From positions 4,303 through 68,302 of the forward strand of contig CAZWXI010000004.1 of assembly GCA_964637845.1 (NCBI GenBank): DNA of 64,000 nucleotides. Direction: 5' to 3'. The notes below the pieces were generated by a model, which saw nothing but the letters and a program-made list of their open reading frames with translations, did no database searches and was not told the DNA's origin. This DNA is from an uncultured Hyphomicrobiales bacterium (lineage in GTDB: Bacteria; Bacteroidota; Ignavibacteria; Kapaibacteriales; UBA2268). A program made the position numbers and the translations under genes. Of the stretch, positions 29,111 to 39,122 are shown piece by piece (position 1 is the stretch's first letter; each line of letters opens with the position of its first letter).

Positions 29111-29866
29111 TTGCAAAATAAGAAATTACTACTTTTGTTGATTATGGATGGCGATAAAAATAGAATAGAAATATTTTGCGATTTTGATGGGACAATAACT
29201 CTCAAAGACTTGGGAGATGAACTCTTTAAAATTTACGGACAGTTTTATGAATTGAATTCGCTTCTAAAAACCAACGAACTCACTATTACCGAATATTGGT
29301 ACAAAATATGCGCTACTTTGGATACCAAATTGACCAAAGATATCATCGCAGATTTTTCATTGAAATTTGAGATTGACCCTTATTTCAAAAATTTTGTCGA
29401 TTATTGCAAAGAACATGATATTAATCTTACTATAGTAAGCGACGGCTATCGCGAATATATCGAGCCTTTGCTGCATTATCACCACTTGGATGAATTGCCT
29501 CTTTTTGCTAACAGCTTAGATTTTGGAAAGCCGATAACACCCATATTTTACGGAACTGATGAATCATGCAATTGTCTGAGCGCTTCATGCAAAAGGAATG
29601 TGCTTTTGACTCGAACTCCCGAAAACGGAATTATCGTTTATATCGGTGACGGATACTCTGATTTTTGTGCCGCAGAGCATAGTGATATTATTTTCGCAAA
29701 GAAAAATCTTGCACGCTATTGCAATGACAACAAAGTACCTCACTATCCCTACAACACTTTTTTCGATATCCGCAATATATTCGAAAAAGTTATTTTTGCA
29801 AAAAATAAAATTAAACAGAGAAGCGTTGCGGCTGTAAAACGAAAACAAGCATTCGAAACTGAGTAA
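29111..29866 (+). CDS. HAD-IB family phosphatase (MtnX/phosphoserine-phosphatase-like)
   Basis: Motif I FCDFDGTIT and motif IV YIGDGYSDFCAAEHSDIIFAK. Confidence 0.55.
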   Translation: MQNKKLLLLLIMDGDKNRIEIFCDFDGTITLKDLGDELFKIYGQFYELNSLLKTNELTITEYWYKICATLDTKLTKDIIADFSLKFEIDPYFKNFVDYCKEHDINLTIVSDGYREYIEPLLHYHHLDELPLFANSLDFGKPITPIFYGTDESCNCLSASCKRNVLLTRTPENGIIVYIGDGYSDFCAAEHSDIIFAKKNLARYCNDNKVPHYPYNTFFDIRNIFEKVIFAKNKIKQRSVAAVKRKQAFETE

Positions 29867-31921
29867 TCAAGCGTTCTTGACGCTCTCGACAGTTTTATAA
29901 TTCTTTAACCTATTGATGAATTTTGTAAGTTGGTTCACATCGTTGACTTCGACTTCAAGTAACAAACCTGTTGTTACTGATCTGTTGGTGATGCGAGAAG
30001 TATTCATAATTCTGATTTTACATTCATCTGCTTCGTCAACAATCACGGATAATAATGATGAATATGATTCGCCGAAAACACGCAATCTAGCTACCTGATA
30101 GGATTCCCCGCTTGCCCACTCAGCTTTTTTGAAATTATTCTCTTCGAGCGTCTGAGTTTTCAAGTATTGGCAATTAGCCGAATGAATCTTCAGTTCTGAT
30201 TTCTTTGTAATGTATGCAACGATAGGCTCGCCCTTAATTGGATTGCAACACTTAGCCAAAACTGTCTGAATGCCATCCATATTCTCGACTTTTATGCGCG
30301 GGTGCAAATCATCGAAATGAGTATGGCGCCGCTTTTTATCAATATCCTCTTTTTTTCTAAAGGCATCAGGAAAAATCTTTTTCAACGTGAACAACGAACA
30401 CTTAGCTGAACCGTTAGCTATTGCATAATAAAATTCTTCGGAGGATTTGAAGCCTAATTTGTTGATGCCGTTTTTGAATTTTTGTTCTTCGTCAAAACCT
30501 TTCAGTTTCTTCTGGTACTTGCTTTTAAGTTTTTCCCAAGTTGCTTTTCCTTCCGCTGTAAATATTTCTTGCTCATTTTTCTTGAACCAACGTAGAATTT
30601 TTGAGCGAGCACGGTTAGTTTTAACTATTTTTAACCAATCTCGAGACGGAGTGGCACTTTTCGAGCTTATTATATCAACGACGTCGCCGGATTTTAATTC
30701 TGTATTTAATTTAACGAATTTGCCGTTTACTCGGGCCCCCGTAGTGCGATAACCCAAATCCGTATGTACAGCAAATGAATAGTCAAGTGGTGTAGAACCT
30801 TCCGGAAGCGAAAATATTTCTCCCTTGGGTGTCAATACGTTAATATAATCCCTTTTCATCTCGGCTTTCAGCCTGTCGAACACCTCATAAGGGTTATCAA
30901 AATATTCTTCATTTTCGAGAAATTCACGCAGTCTGACAATCCAATTCTGCTTGTTAACTTGGCTTCCTTGCTTATATGCCCAGTGTGCTGATGAGCCGTA
31001 TTCAGCTTCTTGATGCATTTCGCCGGTACGAATTTGAATCTCGAATTTATCTCCGTTCCGAGTCACGATTGTAGTTTGAATAGAACGGTAGCCGTTCGCC
31101 TTTGGGAACGAAATCCAGTCTCTGAATCGCCCGTCAATCGGTATCCAATTGCTATGGACAGCCCCAAGCGTTAAGTAACAATGCTCAACACTATCAGTTA
31201 TTACTCTCAATGCAAGTAAATCATAAATCTTGTCAAGCGATATCCGCTGCTTTTTTAATTTACGGTATATACTGTATGGGCGTTTAACTCTCGCTTGATA
31301 CTTTGCCGTTACTGAATATTTCGTAAGAACTTTGGATAAATCGTATCGCATTACGTTTAGCTTTGCATTAAATACATTTCGTTTTGCTTCAATCATTTTA
31401 TTCAAATAATTAAAATCGTCGGGAAAAAGATTCCTGAATGCAATATCTTCCATTTCGGTATAAAATTTCCGAATTCCGAGCTGCTGCGCAATGGGTGAAT
31501 ATAAGTACAGCGCCTCTTCGGATAGTTTAAGTATATCTTCCGAACCCGCTTTGTCGGCAAATTTCAGATTAGCAAGGCGTTCAGCCAATTTTATAAAAAT
31601 CATTTCGATGTCATCGGTGATTTCGATAAAGTGCTGCCTAAGAATAGCAATCTTCTTTGCTGTTTCGGGAAATTGCACCTTGCCGATGCGCTGGAGTAGC
31701 TCAATACTACTGAGAACTTTTGTACCGAAAGTATCCGCTATAGCTTTCCTGACGTTACCGTCACTTATATCCGCACCCATGAGATATGCTGTCGCTATTG
31801 CTTGCTCACCTAATTTTAATAGTTTGACTTCGTCGGCAACCGCTCGTGCCCTTCCAATCTCAAAATTTCGAGACAATTTGCCCGCAAAAGAGTTTAAACT
31901 ATCATCAGTAACTGTAATCAT
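29867..31921 (-). CDS. RelA/SpoT-homologue (p)ppGpp synthetase with a degenerate (probably inactive) HD hydrolase domain, plus TGS and ACT domains
   Basis: Synthetase core GYRSIQTTIVTRNGDKFEIQIRTGEMHQEAEYGSSAHWAYK. HD-fold remnant DIEMIFIKLAERLANLK. The positions of the catalytic His (..H........HD) read ...AIADTFGT..., so there is no His-Asp. Confidence 0.8.
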   Translation of the reverse strand: MITVTDDSLNSFAGKLSRNFEIGRARAVADEVKLLKLGEQAIATAYLMGADISDGNVRKAIADTFGTKVLSSIELLQRIGKVQFPETAKKIAILRQHFIEITDDIEMIFIKLAERLANLKFADKAGSEDILKLSEEALYLYSPIAQQLGIRKFYTEMEDIAFRNLFPDDFNYLNKMIEAKRNVFNAKLNVMRYDLSKVLTKYSVTAKYQARVKRPYSIYRKLKKQRISLDKIYDLLALRVITDSVEHCYLTLGAVHSNWIPIDGRFRDWISFPKANGYRSIQTTIVTRNGDKFEIQIRTGEMHQEAEYGSSAHWAYKQGSQVNKQNWIVRLREFLENEEYFDNPYEVFDRLKAEMKRDYINVLTPKGEIFSLPEGSTPLDYSFAVHTDLGYRTTGARVNGKFVKLNTELKSGDVVDIISSKSATPSRDWLKIVKTNRARSKILRWFKKNEQEIFTAEGKATWEKLKSKYQKKLKGFDEEQKFKNGINKLGFKSSEEFYYAIANGSAKCSLFTLKKIFPDAFRKKEDIDKKRRHTHFDDLHPRIKVENMDGIQTVLAKCCNPIKGEPIVAYITKKSELKIHSANCQYLKTQTLEENNFKKAEWASGESYQVARLRVFGESYSSLLSVIVDEADECKIRIMNTSRITNRSVTTGLLLEVEVNDVNQLTKFINRLKNYKTVESVKNA

Positions 31922-31994
31922 GTATTAGTCTATTTTAAAACATAATTTCGTAATTGATGTAATAATATTTTTTAATTTTTCAATATATTATGCG

Positions 31995-32002
31995 TATTTT
32001 TG
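31995..32002 (+). promoter_or_regulatory. Candidate -7 element (TATTTTTG, TAnnTTTG-type) for rpmG
   Basis: TATTTTTGTAG lies 37 nt upstream of the rpmG ATG. The same TAnnTTTGTAG form is seen upstream of ppdK. Confidence 0.3.
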
Positions 32003-32038
32003 TAGCTATAGAAAAGTAAACGACTAAAGGAAAGTATA

Positions 32039-32218
32039 ATGGCAAAGAAAGAGCAGAGAATCGTAATAACGGTGGAATGTACGGAAGCTAAAGCCGCCGG
32101 TGTTCCCACTTCACGCTATTCTACAACTAAGAACAAGCAAAACACACCGCAGCGTTTGGAAATCAAAAAGTATAATCCTTTCATGAAACGCCATACGCTT
32201 CACAAAGAAATTAAATAA
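32039..32218 (+). CDS. rpmG: 50S ribosomal protein L33
   Basis: 59-aa ORF that is not in the supplied ORF track. [59 protein letters not shown] aligns along its full length with L33 (TTKNK..TP.RLE.KKY.P....H.LHKE.K). Confidence 0.9.
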   Translation: MAKKEQRIVITVECTEAKAAGVPTSRYSTTKNKQNTPQRLEIKKYNPFMKRHTLHKEIK

Positions 32219-32288
32219 TTACGTTTCAACAATCTTTTTAATAAAAAACTAACATTCCTTCGAGAGCTATGTTCAGTTTTTTATTATT

Positions 32289-34823
32289 TTAATTCGCTAT
32301 TTCATCGCTCGGCTTTAGGGTTTGTCTTTCCCTGTAATTCAAGAACAAACCGACAGCTAAGGCAAGAACTATCAAAATATTGGATAACATTGAATACATT
32401 TTTCCGCTTTCAAATGCCGGAGATTCAAGTCTAAATTCAAGTTCATGCTCGCCCTGTGGAACTACAACAGCTCTGAATGCGTAGTTTGTCTTGTAAATCG
32501 GGAGTTCTCGCTCACCAATAAAGGCCTTCCAGTACGGATAATATACTTCGCTCAGGAATAGGAGATTATCGCCCGTTGCTTTTACTTTCAATTTAAGCAT
32601 ATTATTTTTTCGTCCGATGATTTCTGCCTTTGCATCTTCTTCGGGCTTATCAAATGTAATATTCGGCGATTCCTCCATGAAAGCGACTTCTCGTGGGTCA
32701 AATTCACCTTGCTTGAGTTTGGCGAGAATATCCATCGGTTTAAGTATAGCTACTGAATCAACGAAAAATGCCCTCGGCAGCATATTGGGATTAAAATAAA
32801 CATACCATCCCGTTTGCTTTGATTGAAAGGCAGCTTCAATTTGTCCGTAAGGACTTGACGTGACTAAATACTTTACATTCATCAAACTCCATAGAAAGGG
32901 GTTTGTAACCTGATTCGTTGAGCCTTGGTCTGCTACGTCAAGTAAATCTTGATAAACTCTAAGTTTTGCGGGGTGATAACCACCAACATTCTCAAGTCTG
33001 AAATACGCCGGCAAATTGGGCGAAATATTCGCCATAGCAAAATCGGCAATTCTAAAAGTTCCGAGGTCTTGTTTCAAAAAATCTATAACATCCGTCGTTC
33101 TCAGGGCTTCAGCCACTTGGTCTGTCTTTGAAATTTCGAGTGGGCGCCAACCGACTCGCCATAAATCTATGAACAACAATAAAACTATGCTCGAGAAATA
33201 AAAATTAGATTTCAATTTTCCTGTAATGAAGAATAAAGTCATAGCCGCAAAGATTGCATAGATAAATCCGTTAGTTAGCCAATCTCCAATCATTGCGTTC
33301 CATACGAAATCTTGTAAATCATGGATTTGACCCGCAACGCTTTTAAATGTCTGATTGCCCGAATTGAGCATCGCATTAAAATAAAATGACTTCATCGCCG
33401 CAGCGAAAAATAATCCGAGAAGCAGGAAAGCAGACGCAGAAATCAATATATAGTTGAGAATTTTTTTCCCCATAGGGGTCATTGCATTTCGATAACTCAA
33501 AAGTCCAGTCAATCCGTATCCTGCTAAAATCGGAAATGCGAATTGCATAATCGCTAGTGCCATGCTCGGGGCCCTGAATTTATTAAAACTCGGAAAATTA
33601 TAAAAAAACAAATCAAATAAAATCGGCATATTATTCCCGAAAGACAAAATTAGAACGAACAACGAAATCACCATTAGCGATTGCACGAAGGCATCTTTTA
33701 GATAAATAATGAACCCGGCGATTGCTAAAAATATAACCATAATACCCATATAGGGGGCGACATCTTCAAAAACCTTCTGCCCCCAATATGTTGGAATTTT
33801 AAGTTCTTGTCCACCCGTTGCAGTACCTTTATAAGGCAATTTACCGAAACCGTAATAATTCGGTACAAAAAATGTAATAATTTCTTGCGGTGAGAATGAC
33901 CACATTGTGGCATATTCGTAAGTATTGCCTCCGTGGTCTGCCGAAGCAAGCCCTTCGGTCTGTGTTATTGGTGCCGCTCCGCGTGTTGAATGCGGAGTAT
34001 ATTCATTTATGGATAAATATCTGTCGGAAGACATCAGAAAAGCAAATCCACCCGCAATTACAAGTACTCCGAGCAGTTTAACCATACCGATAGGCTCGCG
34101 TTTTGTGACAAAACGACTGACTAGTTCAAAAAGCACATAGACACCAATAGCAAGGGCACTATAGAATATCATCTGTACGTGAGTTGATTCAAACAACAGA
34201 TGGATTGCTATAATCAATAACGAAGCATATAAAATTGAAAATCTTTCGCGAACTTTTTCCATTAGCATAAATATGTAGGGCAGAACGGCTATTGTTATCG
34301 GCTTGGTGTTATGCCCTATCATTATCCAATGGATAATACCCGTCGAATAGACTGCGGCAACAGCCGTAAAAAATGCAATTACGGGAATATGCTTCTTCGA
34401 ACGCATCAAAAGATAAATGCCGATGCCGAAAATGATGTAAAATTGCATAACGCGAACCGAGTCATTTTGGAAAATATCGCCCATTACTCGCGTATAACCG
34501 AAAAAAAATGATGAAGTGATGTCCCAAAATCTGTCGCCTGTCAGCAAAAAAGAAGCAAATCCAGGCATCCCCGAGAAAATATAAGGTACCCACATCGGGA
34601 AGTCATCATCTTTCGATGCTTCGTTCAAATAATTTCGGAAACTAATAGACGCAAAATTATCCGAAGCCGCTATTTCGTGACTGGTAACAACGCCCCAGAA
34701 GAATATAAATACAGATAAAATCAACAACCCTGGGAATACATAATCTTGATATTTTTCAGATACCAGAGAAAAATTATCATTTATGAATGTCTTAGTGGTT
34801 TTCTTTGTTATCTTTTTCGCCAT
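32289..34823 (-). CDS. YfhO-family polytopic membrane protein (putative glycosyltransferase)
   Basis: 844 aa. N-terminal DDFPMWVPYIFSGMPGFASF matches the YfhO '(P)lWnpyifgGmP' signature. There are more than 12 TM helices plus a C-terminal extracytoplasmic domain. Confidence 0.6.
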   Translation of the reverse strand: MAKKITKKTTKTFINDNFSLVSEKYQDYVFPGLLILSVFIFFWGVVTSHEIAASDNFASISFRNYLNEASKDDDFPMWVPYIFSGMPGFASFLLTGDRFWDITSSFFFGYTRVMGDIFQNDSVRVMQFYIIFGIGIYLLMRSKKHIPVIAFFTAVAAVYSTGIIHWIMIGHNTKPITIAVLPYIFMLMEKVRERFSILYASLLIIAIHLLFESTHVQMIFYSALAIGVYVLFELVSRFVTKREPIGMVKLLGVLVIAGGFAFLMSSDRYLSINEYTPHSTRGAAPITQTEGLASADHGGNTYEYATMWSFSPQEIITFFVPNYYGFGKLPYKGTATGGQELKIPTYWGQKVFEDVAPYMGIMVIFLAIAGFIIYLKDAFVQSLMVISLFVLILSFGNNMPILFDLFFYNFPSFNKFRAPSMALAIMQFAFPILAGYGLTGLLSYRNAMTPMGKKILNYILISASAFLLLGLFFAAAMKSFYFNAMLNSGNQTFKSVAGQIHDLQDFVWNAMIGDWLTNGFIYAIFAAMTLFFITGKLKSNFYFSSIVLLLFIDLWRVGWRPLEISKTDQVAEALRTTDVIDFLKQDLGTFRIADFAMANISPNLPAYFRLENVGGYHPAKLRVYQDLLDVADQGSTNQVTNPFLWSLMNVKYLVTSSPYGQIEAAFQSKQTGWYVYFNPNMLPRAFFVDSVAILKPMDILAKLKQGEFDPREVAFMEESPNITFDKPEEDAKAEIIGRKNNMLKLKVKATGDNLLFLSEVYYPYWKAFIGERELPIYKTNYAFRAVVVPQGEHELEFRLESPAFESGKMYSMLSNILIVLALAVGLFLNYRERQTLKPSDEIAN

Positions 34824-34996
34824 TTTTGCCTCATAATAAAAAGAATTTTGATTATCTTACTATTTCGTTATTCAAATTTAATAAATCACCACGAATAGTT
34901 TTAATTATACTAGAAAAAATCTTTTTTCATCACAAATTGTATAATAAAATCGTTTAAGTATATGTCTATTAAATTTTATTATTTTTCAGGTGAAAA

Positions 34997-35359
34997 ATGT
35001 ATTTAATTACAATTGGATTAGGTGCGATTTTAGTATTGCTCGGTTTGGGTGCATATGTCGGAAGTTCGGCACAAAGCATCACAGCGTTAATTCCCGCCTT
35101 TATAGGATTACCGATATTGATTCTCGGATTAATTGCCAAAAATGAAAAAAATCGTAAAGTGGCCATACATATATCTGTATTTCTTGCTCTTCTCGGCTTT
35201 ATGGGGACTGTCCCGGGACTTATAAAATTATTTAGCCACCTTGGTGGAACTGCAATTGAGAGGTTGCAAGCGGTATATGTTCAATCCGTAATGGCTGTAT
35301 TGTGCCTGATATACTTGATATTTGCGGTTAAATCATTTATTGATGCCCGACGCAAGTAA
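34997..35359 (+). CDS. Small hypothetical membrane protein (3-4 TM)
   Basis: 120-aa ORF made almost entirely of hydrophobic helices. No known family recognised. Confidence 0.4.
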   Translation: MYLITIGLGAILVLLGLGAYVGSSAQSITALIPAFIGLPILILGLIAKNEKNRKVAIHISVFLALLGFMGTVPGLIKLFSHLGGTAIERLQAVYVQSVMAVLCLIYLIFAVKSFIDARRK

Positions 35360-35366
35360 TTCATTC

Positions 35367-36992
35367 TTATTGATGGGTTATGGTGGGTAGGCATAAGGTA
35401 ACATCTGTGCCTTTGCCGGTTTGGCTTTTGATTTGCAAATCGCCATCGTTTAACATCGCAAACTCTTTACACAAGAATAATCCCAAACCAGAACCGTGCT
35501 CACCGCCGGTACCTAATCTTTTGATTTTGTTAGTTAAATTGAAAATAGAATTCAGCATTTCACGCGTCATACCTATTCCTGTGTCTTTCACGTTTACACA
35601 AATCATATCGGTTTGGCGCAAACAATTTAAAAAGATTTGCCCGCCTCTTTCCGTAAATTTAATCGCATTACTTATTAAATTCCGGATAATAGTTTTTATC
35701 ATATCAATGTCAGCAAACACAAATACTTCACAATTGAACCCGGACACAATTTGAATTTCTTTTTGATGAGCTGATTCGCGAAGCAAATGTATTACATCTT
35801 CGACGACTAAACTTAAATTAAATGAAGTTTTCGAAACTTGTAGCCTTTTAGTTTGGGACATTGACCAATGTAACAAATTCTCGAGTAGATTTAGTAACTC
35901 TCGCGTGGAATTTTTTAGCGAGCAAGATAATTCTCTGATTTCATCAATCGAAAATGAATCGAAATCATCTGCCAGCATCCTCTGCATCTGCATGATCCCG
36001 GTTAGCGGACTTCGCAAATCATGCGCTATTATGTTGAAGAACTTGTCCTTGTCCGAGTTCATCAACTCGAGTTCTTGTTTGGTTTTCTCTTTTTCTTCTT
36101 CGGACTTTTTTCTTTCTGTAATATCCGCATATATTCCTATGGCTGATTTTACCCCATTATAATCAAAACATTTTATCGAACGTTCATTAATCCAAATGTA
36201 TTCTCCCTTCGGATGAAGCCAACGATACTCAACGATATAAGGTATTTCATTGTCAAAAAGCTCGTTAAATCTCTGTAATATCCATTCTTTATCTTCAGGA
36301 TGAATTCGCTCAAACCATATTTCTCGGCTTTTTGCAATAATATCCTCAGGTCTAAATCCGGTTATCGACTGTATGTTAGGGCTGACAAAATGTGTATTAT
36401 AGTTTTGGTCAAGCATCCATGTTGCATCAGGTATGCTTTCAATTAAACTTCTATAGCATTTTTCGCTATCGGCGAGGTCATCTATAATTTTTTGATTTTC
36501 TGCTTTCAATTTTAACTTTTCACTTATATCAACTGCTATTCCAACTGCAAATTCCATCCCTTCATTAAGTAACTGGATCCTGTTGAACGTCAAATCGCAC
36601 CAAACAGTATGACCATCTTTGTGTATATACGGCTTGTCGTAACGATATGTATATATTCCACGCTTATTCAAATCTGCAAAGAGTTTAAACTCGCTCTCGA
36701 AAATCTCCACCGATGACAATTCATTTACCTTTTTTGCCATCAATTCTTCTTTTGTATAGCCCAACAAATCGCAGAATGCTTGATTGACATCAATAAATGA
36801 ATAATCATATATATCGCAAATTGCTATTCCTGCCGGTGCGTTGATGAAAATGCTTTTGAAGAAAGAGTCAAATTCGACCATGTTGCTAAATATTCGCTTG
36901 GCTCTGTTGTCAAACAGATTTTGCATGTAATTTAGCTTCGATTTTTTCGAAGTATATCCCGATTCTTCAATTTTGTTCATAACAATTTGCAC
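35367..36992 (-). CDS. Cytoplasmic PAS-domain sensor histidine kinase (2 PAS + HisKA + HATPase_c)
   Basis: H-box FFNIIAHDLRSPLTGI. N-box and G-boxes NAIKFTERGG, VKDTGIGMTREMLNSIF, GTGGEHGSGLGL. Two PAS/PAC-like segments. No TM helices and no adjacent response regulator. Confidence 0.8.
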   Translation of the reverse strand: MQIVMNKIEESGYTSKKSKLNYMQNLFDNRAKRIFSNMVEFDSFFKSIFINAPAGIAICDIYDYSFIDVNQAFCDLLGYTKEELMAKKVNELSSVEIFESEFKLFADLNKRGIYTYRYDKPYIHKDGHTVWCDLTFNRIQLLNEGMEFAVGIAVDISEKLKLKAENQKIIDDLADSEKCYRSLIESIPDATWMLDQNYNTHFVSPNIQSITGFRPEDIIAKSREIWFERIHPEDKEWILQRFNELFDNEIPYIVEYRWLHPKGEYIWINERSIKCFDYNGVKSAIGIYADITERKKSEEEKEKTKQELELMNSDKDKFFNIIAHDLRSPLTGIMQMQRMLADDFDSFSIDEIRELSCSLKNSTRELLNLLENLLHWSMSQTKRLQVSKTSFNLSLVVEDVIHLLRESAHQKEIQIVSGFNCEVFVFADIDMIKTIIRNLISNAIKFTERGGQIFLNCLRQTDMICVNVKDTGIGMTREMLNSIFNLTNKIKRLGTGGEHGSGLGLFLCKEFAMLNDGDLQIKSQTGKGTDVTLCLPTITHQ

Positions 36993-37048
36993 AATGTGCG
37001 TATTTTATTGTTAAAGTAATAACAAAAAATTTAAAATGCAAATTATTT

Positions 37049-37801
37049 CTATGGATTCGTATATCTTTCGAGTGTGAAAGTTTCGCCAAGATACATTTTA
37101 CGAACTTCGGGGTTATCTGCAATTTCCAGAGCAGTGCCTGATGTGAATATTTTTCCGTCAATCAAAATATATGCTCTATCAGTAATTGACAAGGTCTCGT
37201 GGACATTATGGTCAGTGATCAGAACTCCGATGTTTTGCTCTTTAAGTTTCGATACCATTTTCATAATGTCCTCAACTGCTATGGGGTCAATACCTGCAAA
37301 AGGCTCATCTAACAAGACAAACTTCGGTTCCGAAGCAAGTGTACGAGCTATCTCGCATCTACGACGTTCGCCTCCCGACAGCATATATCCACGGCTTTTT
37401 CTGATGTAGTTGATTCCAAATTCTTCAAGTAATCTTTCAAGTTTCTCCTTACGCTGTTTGGCTGAAAACCGCTGCATTTGTAGAATAGCTCTAATGTTAT
37501 TCTCGACGGACATTTTGCGGAAAACTGAGGGTTCTTGCGGTAAGTAGCTAAGTCCAAGGCGTGAACGCCGATACATTGGCTTACCTGTAATGTCATCATC
37601 ATTTAGGAATACGCTTCCCGCATTGGGTTTTATCATTCCCACAATCATATAGAAAGTCGTTGTTTTTCCAGCACCATTTGGTCCGAGCAATCCAACAACT
37701 TCACCTTGACTGACACTCACCGAGACTTCATTAACGACGGTTCGCTTTTTATATCTTTTAACGAGGTTATAGGCACTGAGCGTGCTTATTTGTTCTTCCA
37801 C
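37049..37801 (-). CDS. lptB: LPS export ABC transporter ATP-binding protein
   Basis: Walker [15 protein letters not shown], signature [15 protein letters not shown], and Walker [12 protein letters not shown]. The 250-aa size is typical of LptB/YhbG. Confidence 0.8.
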   Translation of the reverse strand: MEEQISTLSAYNLVKRYKKRTVVNEVSVSVSQGEVVGLLGPNGAGKTTTFYMIVGMIKPNAGSVFLNDDDITGKPMYRRSRLGLSYLPQEPSVFRKMSVENNIRAILQMQRFSAKQRKEKLERLLEEFGINYIRKSRGYMLSGGERRRCEIARTLASEPKFVLLDEPFAGIDPIAVEDIMKMVSKLKEQNIGVLITDHNVHETLSITDRAYILIDGKIFTSGTALEIADNPEVRKMYLGETFTLERYTNP

Positions 37802-39006
37802 TATTTCCTTCCGGGCCTTGCTTCTAATTTAACGTTAATTGATACTTCTTTTCCGTCTCGAAGAACCTTGAAATTCAGTATTTGCCCGGTCACGGCATCT
37901 CCTGTTATAATCAAGTAATCCTCGAGTCGTAAAATTTTGAAGCCGTCAATTTCGGATATTATATCACCGAGTTTGATTCCGGATTTTTCAGCGGGTGAAC
38001 CATTAAGCATACCGAATACTACAACGCCTTCCTTGACTTTTGAGCCGATGTAGCGTGCTAATTGGTCATCCAATTCTCTTGGCTCAATACCTGTGTAATA
38101 ATCCCTGTCTATCGTTTTGCCTGATTTTAAATATTCGACTATTGTTTTCACTCTGTCAATTGGTATCGAAAACCCAATCCCGATGCTACCCGCACCTTGG
38201 CGACTTTGAGCAGTAGTTTTGATGATAGTGTTCATACCAATGACTTCACCAAGCGAATTTACGAGTGGTCCGCCCGAATTACCCGAGCTAATAGCCGCAT
38301 CAGTTTGTATCATATTACGATAAACTCTATTAAACGGCGAATCCTGATGCAGCAAATTGACATTATTGTTAGATACCACTCCAACAGTTACAGTTGGTTT
38401 AGCGTTTCTGTCGAATAAGCCAAACGGATTACCAAAAGCAATAACCCATTCGCCGATGATTATATCCTGCGATGTCCCCAAATTAAGATACGGCAAATTA
38501 TCGCCTCTGATTTTGAGTAGTGCAACATCGGTAACCATATCCGAACCGATGATTTCAGCTTCATGCTTAGTTCCATCAGTCATAGTGACTATTATTTTCG
38601 ATGCATTTCCCGCAACGTGATGGTTTGATAAAATATAACCATCAGGAGAAATTATGAATCCGGAACCGAGTCCTTGTACCTCATATTCGCGGACGCTTCT
38701 TCCGAAATCATTTCCGAAAAATCTTCTAAAAAATGGGTCATCAAGGAAAGGATTGCTATATACGACCTGCCGGACTTCGGTAACATTTATTCCCACAATA
38801 GCCGGACTACATTTTGCAACAGCTCCAGTGATTGCATTTCGCCGGGAGTTTGTTATTTCATTGTTAATTACATCAACATTTTCGGTACTTTCGGTATTTA
38901 ATGCGATAGAAGTTCCATTTTTGGAGCCATCCTGTTCGCTCTCTGCCGAACAAGATTGAAAAGTTGATAAAATTATTATAAATGTTAAAAAAGCTAAATT
39001 TTTCAT
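37801..39006 (-). CDS. HtrA/DegP-family serine protease with one PDZ domain (lipoprotein)
   Basis: Lipobox TFQSC. Catalytic triad context [27 protein letters not shown]-terminal PDZ. Confidence 0.8.
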   Translation of the reverse strand: MKNLAFLTFIIILSTFQSCSAESEQDGSKNGTSIALNTESTENVDVINNEITNSRRNAITGAVAKCSPAIVGINVTEVRQVVYSNPFLDDPFFRRFFGNDFGRSVREYEVQGLGSGFIISPDGYILSNHHVAGNASKIIVTMTDGTKHEAEIIGSDMVTDVALLKIRGDNLPYLNLGTSQDIIIGEWVIAFGNPFGLFDRNAKPTVTVGVVSNNNVNLLHQDSPFNRVYRNMIQTDAAISSGNSGGPLVNSLGEVIGMNTIIKTTAQSRQGAGSIGIGFSIPIDRVKTIVEYLKSGKTIDRDYYTGIEPRELDDQLARYIGSKVKEGVVVFGMLNGSPAEKSGIKLGDIISEIDGFKILRLEDYLIITGDAVTGQILNFKVLRDGKEVSINVKLEARPGRK

Positions 39007-39122
39007 ATTATTACTTTTGTGAATAATTTCATAAATTTGTTAAATTATGTCAAAGCTATTTGTACAAAATATTCTTTCTTTACGATTTTTTTCATGATAA
39101 ATTTTAGACGAAGTAAACTACG

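Noticed and set aside
32219-32288. Possible rpmB (L28) or other small ribosomal gene next to rpmG
   Set aside because: Flanking gaps are only 70-117 nt and contain no ORF with L28-like sequence. rpmG appears solitary here.
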